In this document: positions 24,241-37,884 of the stretch, in pieces | How positions within the stretch are numbered: position 1 is the stretch's first letter | Layout: each line of letters opens with the position of its first letter | Assembly: GCA_013239625.1 (NCBI GenBank) | Contig: MU053493.1 | Coordinates: forward strand, 1,807,793-1,871,792 | Direction: 5' to 3' | Source: Lama guanicoe | Taxonomy: Eukaryota | Length of the DNA stretch: 64,000 bases | The notes under the pieces: generated by a model | Seen by the model: the letters and a program-made list of their open reading frames with translations, nothing else | What the model was told of the DNA's origin: nothing | Database searches by the model: none | Position numbers and translations under genes: made by a program

Positions 24241-24285
24241 ATTTATAAAATACATCATGCCTGGCATATTGTGTCTCCTCCCTAT

Positions 24286-24967
24286 TTTTTTTTGAAGTAT
24301 AGTCAGTTTATAATGTGTCAATTTCTGGTATATAGCATAATTTTTCAATCCTACATATACATACACATATTTTTTCATATTCTTTTTCTTTATAGGTTAC
24401 TACAAATTATTGAATATGGTTCCCTGTGCTATACAAGAAATTTGTTTTTTAAATCTATTTTATATATAATAGTTAATATTTGCAATTCTTGAACTCCCAG
24501 TTTATCCTTTCCCACCCCCTTCCCCCTGGTTACCTTGTTTGTTTACTATCTCTGTGAGCCTGTTTCTGTTTTGTAGATAAGTTCATCAGTGTCTTTCTTT
24601 CCTTTTTTAGATTCTGCATATGAGTGATATATGGTGTTTTCCTTTCTCTTTCTGGCTTACTTCACTTAGAATGATGATCTCTATACATGTTGCTGCAAAT
24701 GGCATTATTTTATTCTTTTTTAGTGCTGAGTAGTATTCCATTCCATAAATATACCACAACTTCTTTATCCAGTCATCTGTTGATGGATGGACATTGAGGT
24801 TGTTTCCATGTCTTGGCTGTTATAAATGGTGCTGCCGTGAACATAGGGATGCATGCGTCTTTTCAAATTGGAGTTCCCTCTGGACATATTCCAGGAGAGG
24901 GATTGTTGGATCATATGGTTAAGTCTATGTTTAGTTTTTTGAGGAATCTCCGTACTACTTTCCATTA
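24286..24967 (-). mobile_element. Lineage-specific L1 3' end
   Basis: Antisense family member; flanking tccctat on both sides. Confidence 0.9.
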
Positions 24968-25126
24968 GTCATTTCCCTATGTGTGATTGTTGGATGATGG
25001 TTCGTGTCTCCAAGAAAGCTCTGAGTGTGTCTGGTTTGGCTTCCCTGGTTTTTCCAATGTCAAACGCCAATTACAGGGTAACTTCTCCATAAATATTAGG
25101 TGGATGAATTCATCTTTTTCCTCGAA

Positions 25127-27730
25127 TCAGTCAGGGTCCCAAACAGCAGCGGACAGTAACTTTAAAGGAGGTAAATGAGAAGAGTTTCAGAAAAAGACTA
25201 TTTGCAAAGGTGGGGCAGGGTGAAGAGAAATCAACAGCCCAGCACCCTGGGGTGAGCATCCCTTGGGGCTGTTAGCACCTCCAGGCCGGAAGGAGCCATT
25301 TCAGGGACGATGACTGGAATCCAGTAAGACCTGCCATCGTGGGAGAGGCTGTGAGCCAGGAACTGTGTTATCTGCTGGACACACACAGCCAATTCACAGT
25401 GCTGTGAGGGGAAGAGAAGGGGGACCAAATGGGAGATCCACCAGTATCACCCTTCTCACTCCCTCCAGCCTCCCACCAGTATCTCCCATTGGACAAACCA
25501 ACTGGGAGCCAGAGAGCCCACAGACACAGTCCACAGAGGTCACTTCCCAGCACAGAGCAGGGCAGGAAAGGGAAGAGAGTGGGTCTGGAGGGACAAGTGG
25601 GGTCATGTGCTATGCAACACCCCCCAACACATCCTTTGGAGGAAGAAGTGTCCTCAGCCGCCATATTGGTGTGGGGTCATGTCAACGCTCTCACTTGGGA
25701 ACTAAAATGGATCAATTTCCTCCACATGAGGGAGGGAGGGGGCGGGGGAAACAATGGTGTGGACATAAAGCATTCCCAGTGCCAGGGCCCATGTTGTTCT
25801 GCTGCCGTCTGGACACACGATGGGAATATTTCTGAACCACATTTGGAGCAGCTGCTGCAATAAGAGTCCCAACCAGATGAAGTTTATGACCATCCGCTGT
25901 CATTTTCCAAGATTCATGTGCTATCAACCTAGGCCAAAGAAGCAAATCAAACAGGGCTGGGACCGCCAGCCACGCCACCCTGTCCCTTCCCAGCTCTCAC
26001 GGTGACGGTGATGGTGAGGGTGGGTGATCTCTGCAGACCCCCCGGACATAGCATCACTTCTGGTTAACTATCCTGGGGCGGGGAGAGGGCCAGTTTCTGA
26101 GCCTTTCCTCTGACCACAGCCCTCATCCCATGGGCTGGCGGAGCCACTCTGGGGACTGTGTGAGGGGCCAGGTATGTCTAGTCCAGTGAGACATTCTGGA
26201 ACTGGAGAATAACTATAAGGCCCACTGGGAGTCAGATTTGGGCCAAAAGTTCACTCCCCTGACTGCCGTGAGCCCCTACTTGGACTGTAGAGCACCATGG
26301 AATTTGCTTTCTTAAGAATTTTCTAAATATCTCCTAGGAATGAATGTCACTTCAGAGACAATGTCCAGAAACCTCCAAAGGTCTTGGCATTTCCCTTTTT
26401 CCAGGGCATATGTGACCCTAGTAAATGGCCAAGGGCCCCTCTGGGGAGGAGTCAAAGGAAGACTGGCAGCATCTTTGTGGCCATGTGGCAGGGTCCTTCC
26501 TCAGGTCACTCGGCCTCCCCCCTAATCAAGGGACTCTGGGTCTGGGAACTGGCTTCAGTCTGGAAATCTGAATGCTATTCGTTTCATTCTTCAGGGTCCG
26601 TTAGCCGCTGCCAAATGTGATATGCGTCAAAGCATTCTGGTTCTTAGTGCTCGATATAACAAACACATCCTCTTGCCTTTGGCTGTTAACTTGGCTTTGG
26701 CATCGTGGAGTCTCACCATCACCAAGGACACCAGGGTCCATCTCGATAGTCCGTCTCACCAGGGCATCATCTCCCACCATCAGACCTGGTCCCCAGAGGA
26801 GAGCACGCACAGGATCTTTAAGCAAGAGAGGCTGGGCGCCTGAGACACAGACCCACAGCCATCCCCACCAGCCAGAAACAGGCGTGGGCCCAGACACTCA
26901 AGGTTCCAGATTCCTGCCTCCACCTGATTCTACTCGGATGTTGCATTCCAAACCTCAGGTCCTAGTCCTCTCCACACCGTGTTCACGTGGGATACTTGTC
27001 AAGCCTTTAAATTCAATTGACATGGTAATTCTGCGATACTCACAAAGCCCTTGTCCCACTTTCAGCAACATTAACTCTATGCCTATAGGATCGTTGGGGG
27101 GTGGGGAGACATGATAGAAGTTCTCTGGTTTTCTGTGACTTGAGCTCCAAGTTTAAACTTGGAGTTTGTCGTTTGCTTTCTGCTGGGTCTCTGGTGTTGT
27201 AAGAATTGTCCGCCCACTCCACAGTCCTTGAAGTTGGACTGTTGTTAAGTACAAGGTCACCTCCCCTGCCGCCTCTCCTGAGCTCTGGCTTTGGTAACGG
27301 CTTCATCCAAAGCAACCACAGGTGGCAGTCTGACTGACTCTGATGCTCAGTGTGGCCTGGGTTACTGGCAGCTCATTTCCCACCACCAAGAGCTCAGCAC
27401 TGTGTCCAGGGCTCTGGAAGTGATCACCTGCACCCCAGAATCTACCTTGGAGGGTCTGTTCCCTGGGAGGACGACTGGTACCCGCCCTGTGTAAGTCAGG
27501 GTCCAGGCAGGGAAACAAAACCCACACTGGCTGTTTTAAAAGAGAGATTTTTTTTTGTAGGGGGAGGTAATTAGGTTTACTTATCTATTTATTTATTTTT
27601 GAATGGAGGGACTGGGGACTGAACCCAGGACTTTGGGCATGCTAAGCACACAGTATACCACTGAGCTTTACCCTCCCTCCCTTAAAAGAGAGATTTAGCA
27701 CTCATAATTGTTTAAGCAGGATCGAGGGAC
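25127..27730 (-). mobile_element. ERV-L provirus remnant (LTR-like ends, gag and protease fragments, most of pol deleted)
   Basis: Minus strand: LTR end ...CTGACTTACA at ~27490 followed by a PBS-like GGTACCAG, then ERVL gag-like FKDCGVG..QKANDKL..VAE..AEL.CQLN..QVSHV..PEVWN (~27320-26900) and protease PQRGPWPFTRVT..WKKGNAKTF..LDIVSEVTFIP (~26475-26335). A second ERVL-type LTR begins agtcagggtcc at ~25129. Confidence 0.75.
27551..27681 (-). mobile_element. vic-1-type SINE inserted in the ERVL LTR
   Basis: TSD ttaaaagagagattt on both sides. Confidence 0.9.
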
Positions 27731-28224
27731 TCAATTAAATCACTTCCACTACTCCAGCCAAGCTTGGGTGAGGGCACCAGTGTTAGCACATTTCACCAGG
27801 TCCCGCCTCGTTCCATCTGCCCCAGGCTGCTCCCTGAGCATCCACACCGGTGCAGGCTGCCCTGCTGTCTGTCCAGGTGGGGAGGGGGCTGGTTTGCTAT
27901 CAGCGTGTCAGTAGCCAGCTCCAGCCTGTTTGTGTTGCTGCAGCCCAGGGCCCAGGTCAGTGTCTGGCACAGGAAAGTTTTTAAAATATATGATTAATGA
28001 TGAAATAGATTCTCACAAACACTCTCTGGGGAGGAGGCAACGATCCCATTTTTCAGGTAAGGAATCCCAGCCTCCCCTGAACCGCATGGACCCGAGATGA
28101 GGTGGGAAATGCCAGGCAGACAAAAACCATCACTGGAGGACAGCACAGTCTTACAGCGACCACCGTGAGGGGCTGGCAGGATCTGGCAGATTTTGGGGGC
28201 TAGCTGTTGGGTTCACGGATCTAC

Positions 28225-28360
28225 ATTTGCCATCCCGTCCGAGTCTTAGAACCACCCCTTAAGGCAAGTCACGATGTTTCCCCATTTTACAGTCGAGGAA
28301 ACTGAGGTTGTGCAGAGAGACACATGTCCAGGGTCAAAATGCCGGGCCAAGTCCTGGCTT
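28225..28360 (-). mobile_element. MIR SINE
   Basis: ccccattttacagtcgaggaaactgagg core. Confidence 0.7.
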
Positions 28361-29772
28361 GGCTGGGATGGCTTAACTACAGTTCAACAGAGCATCCAGT
28401 CTTGCTGCTCAGGCAAGCAATTTCCTGCTGCCTGTGAAGACATGCAGCCTTGGACCACTTCTCTCTCCACTCAAAGTGGGGGGCCAGGTGCCCAGTTTGA
28501 AGTCTGTCCCCCCATCTCCCCCAATTCTGTCTTTTAAGGGACACCCCCCATCCCCAGGGGTACCCCACTTCTCCCCCACCAAGGCACTGATTCTGGCGCA
28601 GGAGAATTGCTGGGGCTGTGAATTCTGGTGGCTCTCAAGTCCTGCTTCTCTTAAAATGAGCCAGTCCATGTCTTCTCCAATGACGGCCAGTGGACGAGGA
28701 TTTGCATAAATGCCTTGGGCCTTTAATCAGTAACAAATCCACCCGAGTCATGCATTTGCTGTTTCTCCCCTGCAACCACCAGAAACACCACCCAGTCCCC
28801 CACATCCTTTTCCTCCCAGCTCCCCAGAACTGCAATGCTCCAGGACAGGGGCCGCTGGGACCCACCACATCCCCCTTGCCTCTGCCTGGAGGTACCTGGT
28901 TCCAGAGCCCCGGCCTCAGGGGCAGCCTCCTAGGGTCACTGCCGTATCATTGATTTTTGGTTTGGAGCCCTGGAAGTGGATCCTGAGGGCAGACACCTGT
29001 GCAGGAGACTTCGCGGAAAGGGCTCCCAGGAGAGACCGCTGCAGGTGGAGGGAGCAGGACAGTCATGGACGAAGCTGAGGAAGGGGCGCTGCTTCAGGTG
29101 AGGTCCCAGACCAGCCTGAGCCCACAGGGAGCCCTGAGGGTCACTACCCCTGAGGGTCCATCTCACATGGCAGTAAGAGAGCTTTCATAGCCCTCCTGTC
29201 TCTGCCCAGGCAGGGGGATGCAGTTCCAGCTTCTGCTCCAAGGGCGCAAAGGGTGATGCTCCAAGGGGTGGTGGAGGTACAAGCCTAGAGGAAAAGCCCG
29301 TCGAGATTGGTGGAGGCGTGAACACAAGACAGGCAGGCACGGCTGGTGTCTGTCAGCTGCAACGCTTCCCAATAGCAGAGATGTCTTGGTTTCCTGAGAC
29401 CACCCCAGCCGAGTACCACGACTGGGGCAGCTTAAATCACGCTTTTCCTCCTCTGTCTATTTTTGCGAAAGCCCCGTGTGTGCCCTGGATAAACACATCC
29501 AAGTGATGGTGGGGTCTTGCTTAAGACAACATTTTGAATAGGTGGTCCATGGAGGTGGGGGTGGGGATCTAGGGCACCATCCTGGGCTGGCAAGAGAGAC
29601 CTCTGGGGAGTAGGAACACCTTGAAATGCTTCTGAAATATTTTTCTTCCCTCTGTTCAGTCAACAAATGGTTACAGAAGCCTACTGTGTGCCAGGCACTG
29701 TACCCTGAGCTGAGAATGGGCCCCGACTTGTGTAGAGAAAGAGAGAGAAAGATAATCAAATTATCATGCAAT

Positions 29773-30364
29773 ATCTGAGGAAAAGCCTAATTCAAAAAGA
29801 CACGTGCACTCCAATGTTCATAGCAACACTATTTACAACAGCCAAGACATGGAAACAACCTCAATGTCCATTGACAGTTGACTGAATAAAGAAGTGGTGG
29901 TACATTTATACAATGGAATACTACTCAGCCATAAAAAAGAATGAAATAATGCCATTTGCAGCAACATGGATGGACCCGGAGATTGTCATTCTAAGTGAAG
30001 TATGTCAGACAGAGAAAGACAAATGTCACATGGTATCACTTATATGTGTAATCTTTAAAAAATGACACAAATGAACTTATTTACAAAACAGAAACAGACT
30101 CACAGACATAGAAAACAAACTTATGATTACCAAAGGGGAAAGGGGTGGGAAGGGATAAATTGAGAGTCCAGGATTTGTAGATACAAACTACTATATATAA
30201 AATAAATTAACAATGAGGTTCTTCTGTACAGCACAGGGAACTATATTCAATATCTTATAATAACTTATAATGGAAACGAATATATGTGTATAACTGAATC
30301 ACTGTGCTGTACACCTAAAACTAACACAACATTGAAAATCAACTATACTTCAATTAAAAAAAAG
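29773..30364 (+). mobile_element. Lineage-specific L1 3' end
   Basis: TSD atcatgcaat at 29763 and 30365; ends in a polyA. Confidence 0.9.
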
Positions 30365-31325
30365 ATCATGCAATTAAGTGGGGAATTGCAAGCCAAAATA
30401 AAAGTCGGGCAGGAACATGCACGCTGGCTGATCAGCAGTCCTGAGGTCAGCCCTCTGTGTGGGCAGCTGGAGAAAACTTTCTTGGGGTGCCTGAGAGGCC
30501 CTGGAGGAAGGACCCTCCAGGAGGCCCGGGATTGGCACCGCGAAGGCCCCTGGGAACGGAAGATGCGCCCCTCTCCCGCCTCCGCCTCCGGCTCAGGGTC
30601 GGAGCCCAGGGCCACCAAGGCAGGAGGCCAGGCTTTCAGTTGAGGGTGGCTTTATCCAGAGCTGCTCTGAGAGAACATAAAAGAGCCCACACCAGAGAGA
30701 CAGCAGCTCTGCTGCCGACACACAATGCCTCCAAGTCCTTTCTCTGGAAACTAGAAGGAGGCTTCCTGGGGTCGCTGTGTTCTGTGTAAAGGGTTCTGGG
30801 AAGGTTTCCAAGACAGGAGGCGGAAGGAGGAAACCAGTGGGACCCAGCATAGCAGGGATGGTGCAGGGCCAGGGTGGGAGACGAGGGTGGGGAGACCTGG
30901 GGGGATGTGTTGGGAGGGACCCATACCCCTTCCAGGAAGCCCTCCCCATCAGGGAATCATCTGTCACCTGACCCCTAATGCAGGGGTCAGGTTTGTCCCT
31001 GTCACTCAGCTCTGCAGCTCTGCAGCTCATCAGGCCTCACCCAGCAGAGCACGGCTTCTGGGAAGGACCAGCAGGCTGGGAGGAGGGTGCTACCTCCCCA
31101 CCCCCCGCCCCCCCATCCCCGGGGATCTGGCTTCTTCCTGTGTCCCAGGCTGGACTGAAAGGCTAGGATCACAGCCCTGCCGCTGTCTGGTTCTGTCTTC
31201 CCATGCCATAGACATATAGCAACATCTTTTCCTTATTTTAAGTCATTTCCTACTTGTGATGAACTTTTGTAAACGTATGATTTTTTTTTCATATAAATAA
31301 ATAGACACATCAGAAGATAATACGG

Positions 31326-31500
31326 CAGGTTCCTCAATCTCGGCGTTACTGACAGCTGGGCTTGGGCTAGATGATTTGTTGGTATGGGGAGATGTCCCGC
31401 GCATTGTAGAGCGTTTAGCAGGGTCCCTGGACTCCGCCCACTAGATACTGGAAGCATCAGCCCCACCCGTGAGAACTAGAAATATCACCAGACAGTTCCA
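31326..31500. mobile_element. MER20-like hAT DNA transposon
   Basis: ttcctcaatctcggcgttactgaca...cattgtagagcgtttagcagggtccctgg...ccactagatac...ccagaca. Confidence 0.75.
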
Positions 31501-32112
31501 GATCATCACAAAACCGTCTGGGCCAGTCCCACGATCGGATGTGGGAAATGTGGTTCATCTCGAGCAAACCAAGCACAGTAGGAGCAAACAGGACAGATGG
31601 ACTCTGAGTCTGGGGTGCAGTCCTTCAGCTCGGTGGGAGGCTGCCCCTGGCGAGACATACTGTGCAGTTGTCCTTGGACCTGCACGTGGATCTCACCCAG
31701 GCCATCAGGTGAGCCCAGGCGATGCTCAAGTCACCGCAGAGCCCAGCGCTGATGGTTGCAAAGCTGCTCCTTAGAATAACAACCCCACGCTTCTGAGCCC
31801 ACTGGATGCACCCAGCCCACGTCTGTGCCTCTGCATTTGACGGCCAGTCCGGCCTCGAAGGAAGCTCTCTGAAAACATCCCTGAGCCTCCACTTGCACAA
31901 GCTGTATGACCCTGCGTCTTTCAGTTCCTTCTTACGGGTGGTTCCAAGGTTCCAGAGGTATTCAAGGGAGATTGCTTCTGGAACTGAAAGCGGCCCTGTG
32001 ACCATAAATGCTGCTCTTTCTGAAATTTCCCGGCTTTGTTTCTTTCCAGTACCGACTGGTACCAGCTACAACAAATATGCATCATGATTCTCACTGTATC
32101 AGACAGGACTCT

Positions 32113-33184
32113 TTCTTTTCTTTTTTTTTTTTTTTGCAGTATAGTTGGTTTACAGCTTTGTGCTAATTTCTGGTGTACAGCATAGTGATTCAGTTATATG
32201 TATATATTCATTTTCATATTCTCTTTTATTATAGGTCATTACAAGGTATTGAATATAGTTTCCAATACTATACACTAGGACCTTGTTGTTTGTCTACTTT
32301 ACATATAGTAGTGTGTATCTGCTGATCCCAAACTCCTCATTTATCCCACCCCCTTTACCCTTTGGTAACCATAGGTTTGTTTTCTATGTCTGTGAGTCTG
32401 TTTCTATTTTGTGTATAAGTTCATTTGTGTCATTTTTAAGACTCCACATATAAGTGATATCGTATGGTATTTTTCTTTCTCTGTCTGACTTACTTCACTT
32501 AGTATGATGATCTCTAGGTCCATCCATGTTGCTACAAGTGGCATTATTTCATTCTTTTTTTGTGGCTGAGTAGTATTCTATTGCATATATAGACCACATC
32601 AGCTTTATCCAGTCATCTGTTGATGGACATTTAGGTTGCTCCCATGTCTCGGATGTTGTAAATAGTGCTGCTGTGAACATGTGTAGTGTGTGTATCTTTT
32701 CGAATTAGAGTTCCCTCCAGATATATGTCCAGGAGTTGGATTGCAGGATAATATGGTAAGTCTATTTTTAATTTTTTGAGTAATCTCTATACTGTTTTCC
32801 ATAGTGGCTGCACCAAATTACATTCCCACCAGCAGGGTAAGAGGGTTCCCTGTTCTCCACACCCTCTCCAGTATTTATTGTTTGTGAACTTTTTAATGAT
32901 GGCCATTCTGACTGGTGTGAGGTGATACCTCATTGTAGTTTTGATTTACATTTTTCTGATAATTAGCGATATTGAGCACTTTTTCATGTGCCTATTGGCC
33001 ATCTGGATGTCTTCTCTGGAGAAATGTTTATGTCTTCTCCATTTTTAATTGGGTTCTTTGGGTTTTTTTGTTATTGAGATGTATGAACCATTTGTATATT
33101 CTGGAAGTTAAACCCTTGTCAGTCACATCATTTGCAAATATTTCTCCCAGGCTGTAAGTTGTCTTTTTGTTTTGTTAATGGTTT
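32113..33184 (-). mobile_element. Lineage-specific L1 3' ~1 kb, inserted into an MLT1-type LTR (continues to ~33750)
   Basis: TSD tcagaca(g/a)gactc at ~32099 and ~33185. Confidence 0.9.
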
Positions 33185-35569
33185 TCAGACAAGACTCCTA
33201 AGGTTAGAGGAGACAGGAGCTCAACTCAAACTGCCTTACGTAACTGTAAAGTCTAGCGGCAGGAGATCAGGCATGGCTAGATCCAGAGCTTCAGTGACAT
33301 TATTGTGGCCCATTGCCTCCATGCTCTACCCTGCTTCCCTCTGCCTTTGCCTCGCTCTCCAGCAGCCCCTTTACAGGCGGCTCTGGCAGCTCCAGGCTGG
33401 CCTTATCCTCACTGCTTATTTTCTCAGAGGAAAGGGCATGTCCTTTGTAGCAGCTTCCCACAGGAGTCCTGGGATTGAATCTTCAGGGACTCACTGGGGT
33501 CACATCCCCACCCCTGAGCTAAGCCCTAGAGTCAGAGGAATGGGATACAGAGATCAGCTTGGCCCAACTCCTGTGCCCACCCAGGTGGCATGGGAGGGGG
33601 GAGGGGGTCAGAGGGGCCTCTTCTAAACCGTAGGGACTGAGGATAAAGGGAGGGTGGTCCCCCAGAGGAATATCTGAGTGGCCATCACCAGAAGCAGGGC
33701 ATCTTGTTGCTGCAGGAAACATCCTCTGTGTCCCCAGCAGCTCAGAATGGAGGCCATGTGACCTCACCCCCCGCCCCATAAATGCTGGTTATAATCAGGA
33801 GCTCTGCTGATTTATCCTGTTAATCACTGATGCTCTACCTGCCGATTGACAGGAAGCCGTCACTTTTTGAAACTGCTCCTTGCCCGGGGTGATTCAGACA
33901 GACCCCTTCCAGACGCCCTCTGTGATGCCCGCCGTGAATCTTCAAGGTGGGTCCTGCCAGCCCTCCTGGCCCCGCTGTGATGAGGTTCCACTGTGGGCTC
34001 TGCCCCTCGTCTGCCCCACTGGTTCCCAAACATGCGCTCTCTGTTTGCCCAAAGCAGACCCTCTGGAACCCTCAGGTTTGGTCTTGGTGTCCTGCCTGGA
34101 TGCCTGCTTCCTCTGGGGGACTGTACGTCCTCAGCTCTTCTGCCCCTCTGCCTCTCCAGGCTTTGATCTGGTCCATCCTGGCCCCCAAAAAGGCTTCCTT
34201 TGGGTTGCATCTTGAAGAACAGCATTTGTAGTCTTGGTCCGTCCCTCCCAAGAAGTCCGACCTCTGTGTGAAGAGTGACTCAACTCCCACACAAAAATCA
34301 CATTATAAAGGGTGTCGGAGAGTAGCCTCACCCCTGTCATCATCTGGCCCTGCTGTCTCCCCGACAGAGATTGTTGGTGATGTCACATTCCATGCCTTGG
34401 AATCGGACATGCTCAGGGGCCTGTCTGTATTACATCAAGCTCGCTCTCTCCACTGTATCATCTATATGCCATCCATCCCACACACACAGGAGCTATTCCC
34501 ACACCTTATGGTCTCCACTTCCTCCCCTACAAGAGGAGAGTCTCTAGAATAAAGGAGATCTGCACTGTGCTGATTTTTCACCCCCACCTCTACCCAAATG
34601 CAGTGGGTAATGGCTTTTGTGAAAACAACAAATCTCTGCTTTTCCTGGATGCGCCAGCATCCTCATGGTGGACGCCTCCTCAGACACCCATGAACTGCAG
34701 TCTGTTTTGTGTGGCCACTGAAGGTCTAGTCTGGAAAGTCAGAGGGTTTCCAGTTTATAATAATCCATCTTTTGCTATAAGGGCTGGATTTTGCCACAGA
34801 ATCTGCATCCTGAAGTTGGTCCAAAAAATCAACAGTGTTTATTTTCGGGGGAGGTCCTTTGCTTCCCTGGTTGGCAAAGACATTTCCAGACTCTCACTGT
34901 GTCTTTTAAAGTGCAAGAAAACCTGCCGGAGCGTGTGCTTCGGTTAGTGAATTTCCCCAGTGACTTAAGTCCTGAAAGTAAGAGAATCAAAGACTCCCAC
35001 GGGGGTGGTTTAGATTGTGTTTCTTCTCATACTTCCTGGACCCTGGGGATTCCGAGGTTAACGCCCTCATCTGAACAGAGGAGGAAAGTATAACATGGAG
35101 GTCCCAGTGACCTGCCCGAAGCCTCGTCCTGGCCGGTGCCTGAGCTGGGGCCAGAATACAGGATCCCTGGCTCCGGGTTTGGGGCACTTTGATGACATAG
35201 GACGAGGGGGTGAGGAAGGTGAACCCAAGTGCTTGGTGTTAACGAGGGCTGAGTGGTGACTTTATGGGAGGAGAGTTATTCTGCCAACCCCACAGACAGA
35301 GGACATGTCTTTGTCAATCAAACCCACTCGTACACTCAGCTCTGGAAGGAAAGAAAAATTAATCTTCTGTCACTTGGGGATGTCCTCCCCAGCCAATAAG
35401 GCAGACCATTAATCATCTGTCCTCTATAGGGAAGGCATGCATCATTTTTAAAAACTAACTTATGCCAAGTGCTGAGGAATTGACAAGTATTTGGCTCCAC
35501 TTTCCGGCCCTGTGGGAATTCGGCCTGGCTGGGGAGTTTCTCTTGGCTGAAGGGTACTGGCACTAAGCC

Positions 35570-35603
35570 TGCAATTCATGAGTGCTGCCACTAAGTGGCG
35601 GTA
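35570..35603 (+). promoter_or_regulatory. CTCF core plus upstream (U) motif
   Basis: TGCAATTC-n7-CTGCCACTAAGTGGCGGTA: a core-like match with a TGCAG/TGCAA-type upstream element at about the usual spacing. Confidence 0.45.
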
Positions 35604-35759
35604 GGTAGCAAGGCCAGTGGTTCAACCCTGCCCCCAGAGACGTATTTACATCAGTTGCATCAGAGGGTCTATTTTCTTCCCTTGGGGAAAGGCACCAGAG
35701 ATTTCAGAGGATACTCTCCAATGGGTTAAGAACCAGGGTTATGAATAATAGTTGAACAA

Positions 35760-36985
35760 TTTTGCTTTGGTATAGACAATAATATTACATACTTTAAAGA
35801 TAGAAAAGGTAATCAGTGAAGAGTGTTCCTGGGACTTCTGCCCTAGCCACCAGTTTCCTTCCCACAGGTGACCAATATTTATGAGTTTCTTGGGATCCTT
35901 CCAGAGAGGCTAAATGGCTGCATTCAAGTCTGAGTGCATTAATCATTAAAAACAAAACAAAACAAAAAACCCCAAACCAAAAACCAAACCAAAACAAATA
36001 AACAAAAACAACTCAAAAAGCAAAAGCAAAACTCTTCCCTTCTCTGTTTTACACACGTGTTGGCACACTGAACCCCTCTCTTCTTGGTGCTTTCAAACTT
36101 AACAATCTATCCTGAACCTTTTATATTAATTCATCATATGGGCCCTGGTTTCCTCCTTTATTTCAGTGTTTCGATGTCCCTGCATGGTTTTTAATAGTCC
36201 CCTATTCATGAATATTGAGGCTGTTTGCAGTCATTTTGCTACCCAAGCAATCACACAATGAATAACTCTGCAAAATAATATGGCTCTTTTGCACATGTCA
36301 TATACACGTTTAAAAATGCAGAGAAACAGAATTCTTAGGTGAAAGGGCTTGTGCATTTGTAATTCTGATAGAATTGATCTAATATTCCTCCGTAGAAGGC
36401 AAGCTGACTTACACTTCCCCAGGGCAGTGCAGGAGTTCTTGTTTTCCGCTCACCCTCTGCAATGTATTGTATTGCTGTCCTCCTGGGTCTCTGACAGGTA
36501 AAAACCATGGCATCTGGGGCTGTGTTAATTTGCATTTCTTATGGTGAGTAAGGAGGACATCTTTTCAGATGTTTGAAAGTCAGTTGTGTTTCCTGGTCTG
36601 TGAACTGTCTGCTCCTTACCTCCTGTGTTTCTCTACTGAGTTGTTCTTTTATCTATTTCTGGATGCTGTCTGTAGAAGAGGGAAATTAACTGTTGGTGAA
36701 ATGTCACAAATATTTTTATTTTATTTAATTTCTCAATTTTTAGAGATTTTTATGTTTTTCTTCTTTCTTTTTCTGTTTCTTACTTCTTGTTCTTTGTGTG
36801 GGGTGGGGGGGGGTTCTTCCTTATTTTAGAGTTGCAAATATTTTGTTCCTGGTTTGTTGTTGGCTTTGCTAGTGGTGGTGACTGCCGTGCAGGAATTTTT
36901 CTGAAGTCAAATTCAGCAGTCTTTCATGTTATGGCTTTCCAGTTTTGTGGAATACTGAGGAGAGCCTTGCCTACTCCAAGATTCT
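35760..36985 (-). mobile_element. Ancient L1ME-type fragments
   Basis: Degenerate antisense L1 3' text (ttaatttgcatttctt...catcttttcagatgtt...gagccttgcctactccaagatt). Confidence 0.6.
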
Positions 36986-37865
36986 TAAAAAATTCCCTGA
37001 ATCCTGGGGGTTGGCTTGAGCCTACCAGACTTAGGGGTCCTGGTCCAGGCTGGGGCAGGCCTGTGCCTTTGACTTTGACCCTGCGGCTTTGGAGCATCAG
37101 CTCTCCTGTGTGCAGAGACCGGGTGGGTGGCCCAGAGGAGCCTGCCCGTTGGAAGAGGGGAGCACAAACCGCACAGACAGCTCACCTCCCAGCGCTGACC
37201 CCCAGAGCGGCAGCAGGAGGCCCAGCGAGGCCTCCTCTTTCTTCTGTGGCACTCCTCTTAAGTGCCCTCTTCCCCAACATCACACTATTCCAGCCGAAAA
37301 AAAGAGAAAACAGAAGGCAAATAACCAGGTTTTGAGCGAGGGAGGCACCTGACGCCCACCCTGAGCAGACAAGGCCCTGGGTGAACTTCTCCAGGAAGAG
37401 CCCACGGGTTACTCTGACTGGGTGGACTGGATAAAAGGCCAGAGGGGTAAAAAGTGACACGAGCATCTCCAGCACAATCTTCAAGGGCTTCAGGGGAGAT
37501 TATTACTCGTTTTGGGATTTATGTGGGGAGCTGGAAATGGACGAGGGACGGGTCCCCTACATCCAGGACGGCAAGGAGAGAAAGGGGAAGGGTGAGGCCC
37601 TGCGGCTGGGGAGCACAGGCTACTGGAAACCAGGGCGATGAGGTGGTTCCCAGGGGCCTGGAGAGAGGACCAGGAATGCAGCCCGCGACCGGGGGCTGGG
37701 GGAGGTCTGCGGCGGGGAGACAGCACTGTGCTGCCCCTCTGGAAGGGGTTCTCTGAGGCCATCATTCCCCCAGGGCTCCTAGTCTGGGGCCCCCTTCCCG
37801 CACACCGCTAACTGGGCCGAGCAGGGCGCGGTCGCCGCGGCTCCTCCGTGCCGCCCGCGCCTGAG

Positions 37866-37884
37866 AGCCCGCCAGGGGGCAGCG
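37866..37884 (+). promoter_or_regulatory. CTCF motif at the 5' edge of the CpG island
   Basis: CCGCCAGGGGGCAGC (37869-37883) fits the CTCF core consensus. Confidence 0.6.
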
